Source of the DNA: Actinomycetota bacterium
Lineage (GTDB): Bacteria > Actinomycetota > UBA4738 > JACQTL01
DNA: 64,000 bases
Assembly (NCBI GenBank): GCA_046263085.1
Contig: JBHELK010000101.1
Location: forward strand, 2,011 to 66,010
Direction of reading: 5' to 3'
The notes under the pieces are model-generated. The model ran no database searches, had not been told where the DNA came from, and saw nothing but the letters and a program-made list of their open reading frames with translations. Below, in pieces: positions 63,987-64,000 of this stretch (positions are counted from its first letter, which is position 1; each line of letters opens with the position of its first letter). Both the position numbers and the translations under genes were made by a program.

Positions 63987-64000
63987 GCGTCAGTCCTCCT

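Noticed and set aside
1-64000. CRISPR arrays
   Set aside because: Scanned for regularly spaced 25-40 nt direct repeats; none seen. Only the 11-mer x2 (2252-2273) and short operator-like repeats are present.

Overview
High-GC (~70%+) chromosomal segment; the gene content points to an actinobacterium (inference), most of it core metabolism. From start to end: (1) a truncated alpha/beta-hydrolase-adenylate cyclase fusion and a double-hotdog thioesterase. (2) A secreted BNR/Asp-box protein. (3) A complete minus-strand FAS-II operon fabD - small lysine-less biotinyl-like gene - fabH - fabG - acpP - fabF - fabL, with a divergent TetR regulator and an AT-rich palindromic intergenic region. (4) A PadR - ABC efflux (ATPase and ABC-2 permease) - GNAT operon. 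(5) A DUF192 gene and a tRNA-Glu/Asp/Phe cluster. (6) A DoxX-Rieske fusion gene. (7) Two convergent, paralogous OmpR/histidine-kinase two-component systems. (8) A lipoprotein - two separate ABC ATPases - ~900-aa double-FtsX permease - YVTN beta-propeller lipoprotein operon divergent from the second two-component system. (9) A COG4705-type membrane protein, a BldC-like small MerR regulator, and a 1427-aa secreted BNR/Ig-like repeat protein. (10) A leucine dehydrogenase - branched-chain keto-acid dehydrogenase E1alpha/E1beta/E2 operon with a signal-less BtuF-like binding protein. (11) The purine operon on the minus strand (purA-D-E-B-C-S-Q-L ... purF-purM), interrupted by a plus-strand block: TrmB regulator, LuxR-HTH, SBBP beta-propeller and BNR beta-propeller. 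(12) A PNPOx-like protein, another secreted BNR protein and a universal stress protein. (13) A candidate fluoride (crcB-motif) riboswitch with a terminator-type expression platform upstream of a CPA2 cation/H+ antiporter. (14) An MFS transporter. (15) A bacterial dynamin-like GTPase with two small charged partner proteins. (16) A TAT-lipoprotein phosphoesterase/phospholipase C, a dodecin and a DUF2090 aldolase-like protein. No CRISPR arrays, transposases or integrases were seen. Many of the long ORFs in the six-frame track are antisense artefacts typical of high-GC DNA and were not called. Coordinates are taken from the ORF track where possible; start codons are +/- a few nt.
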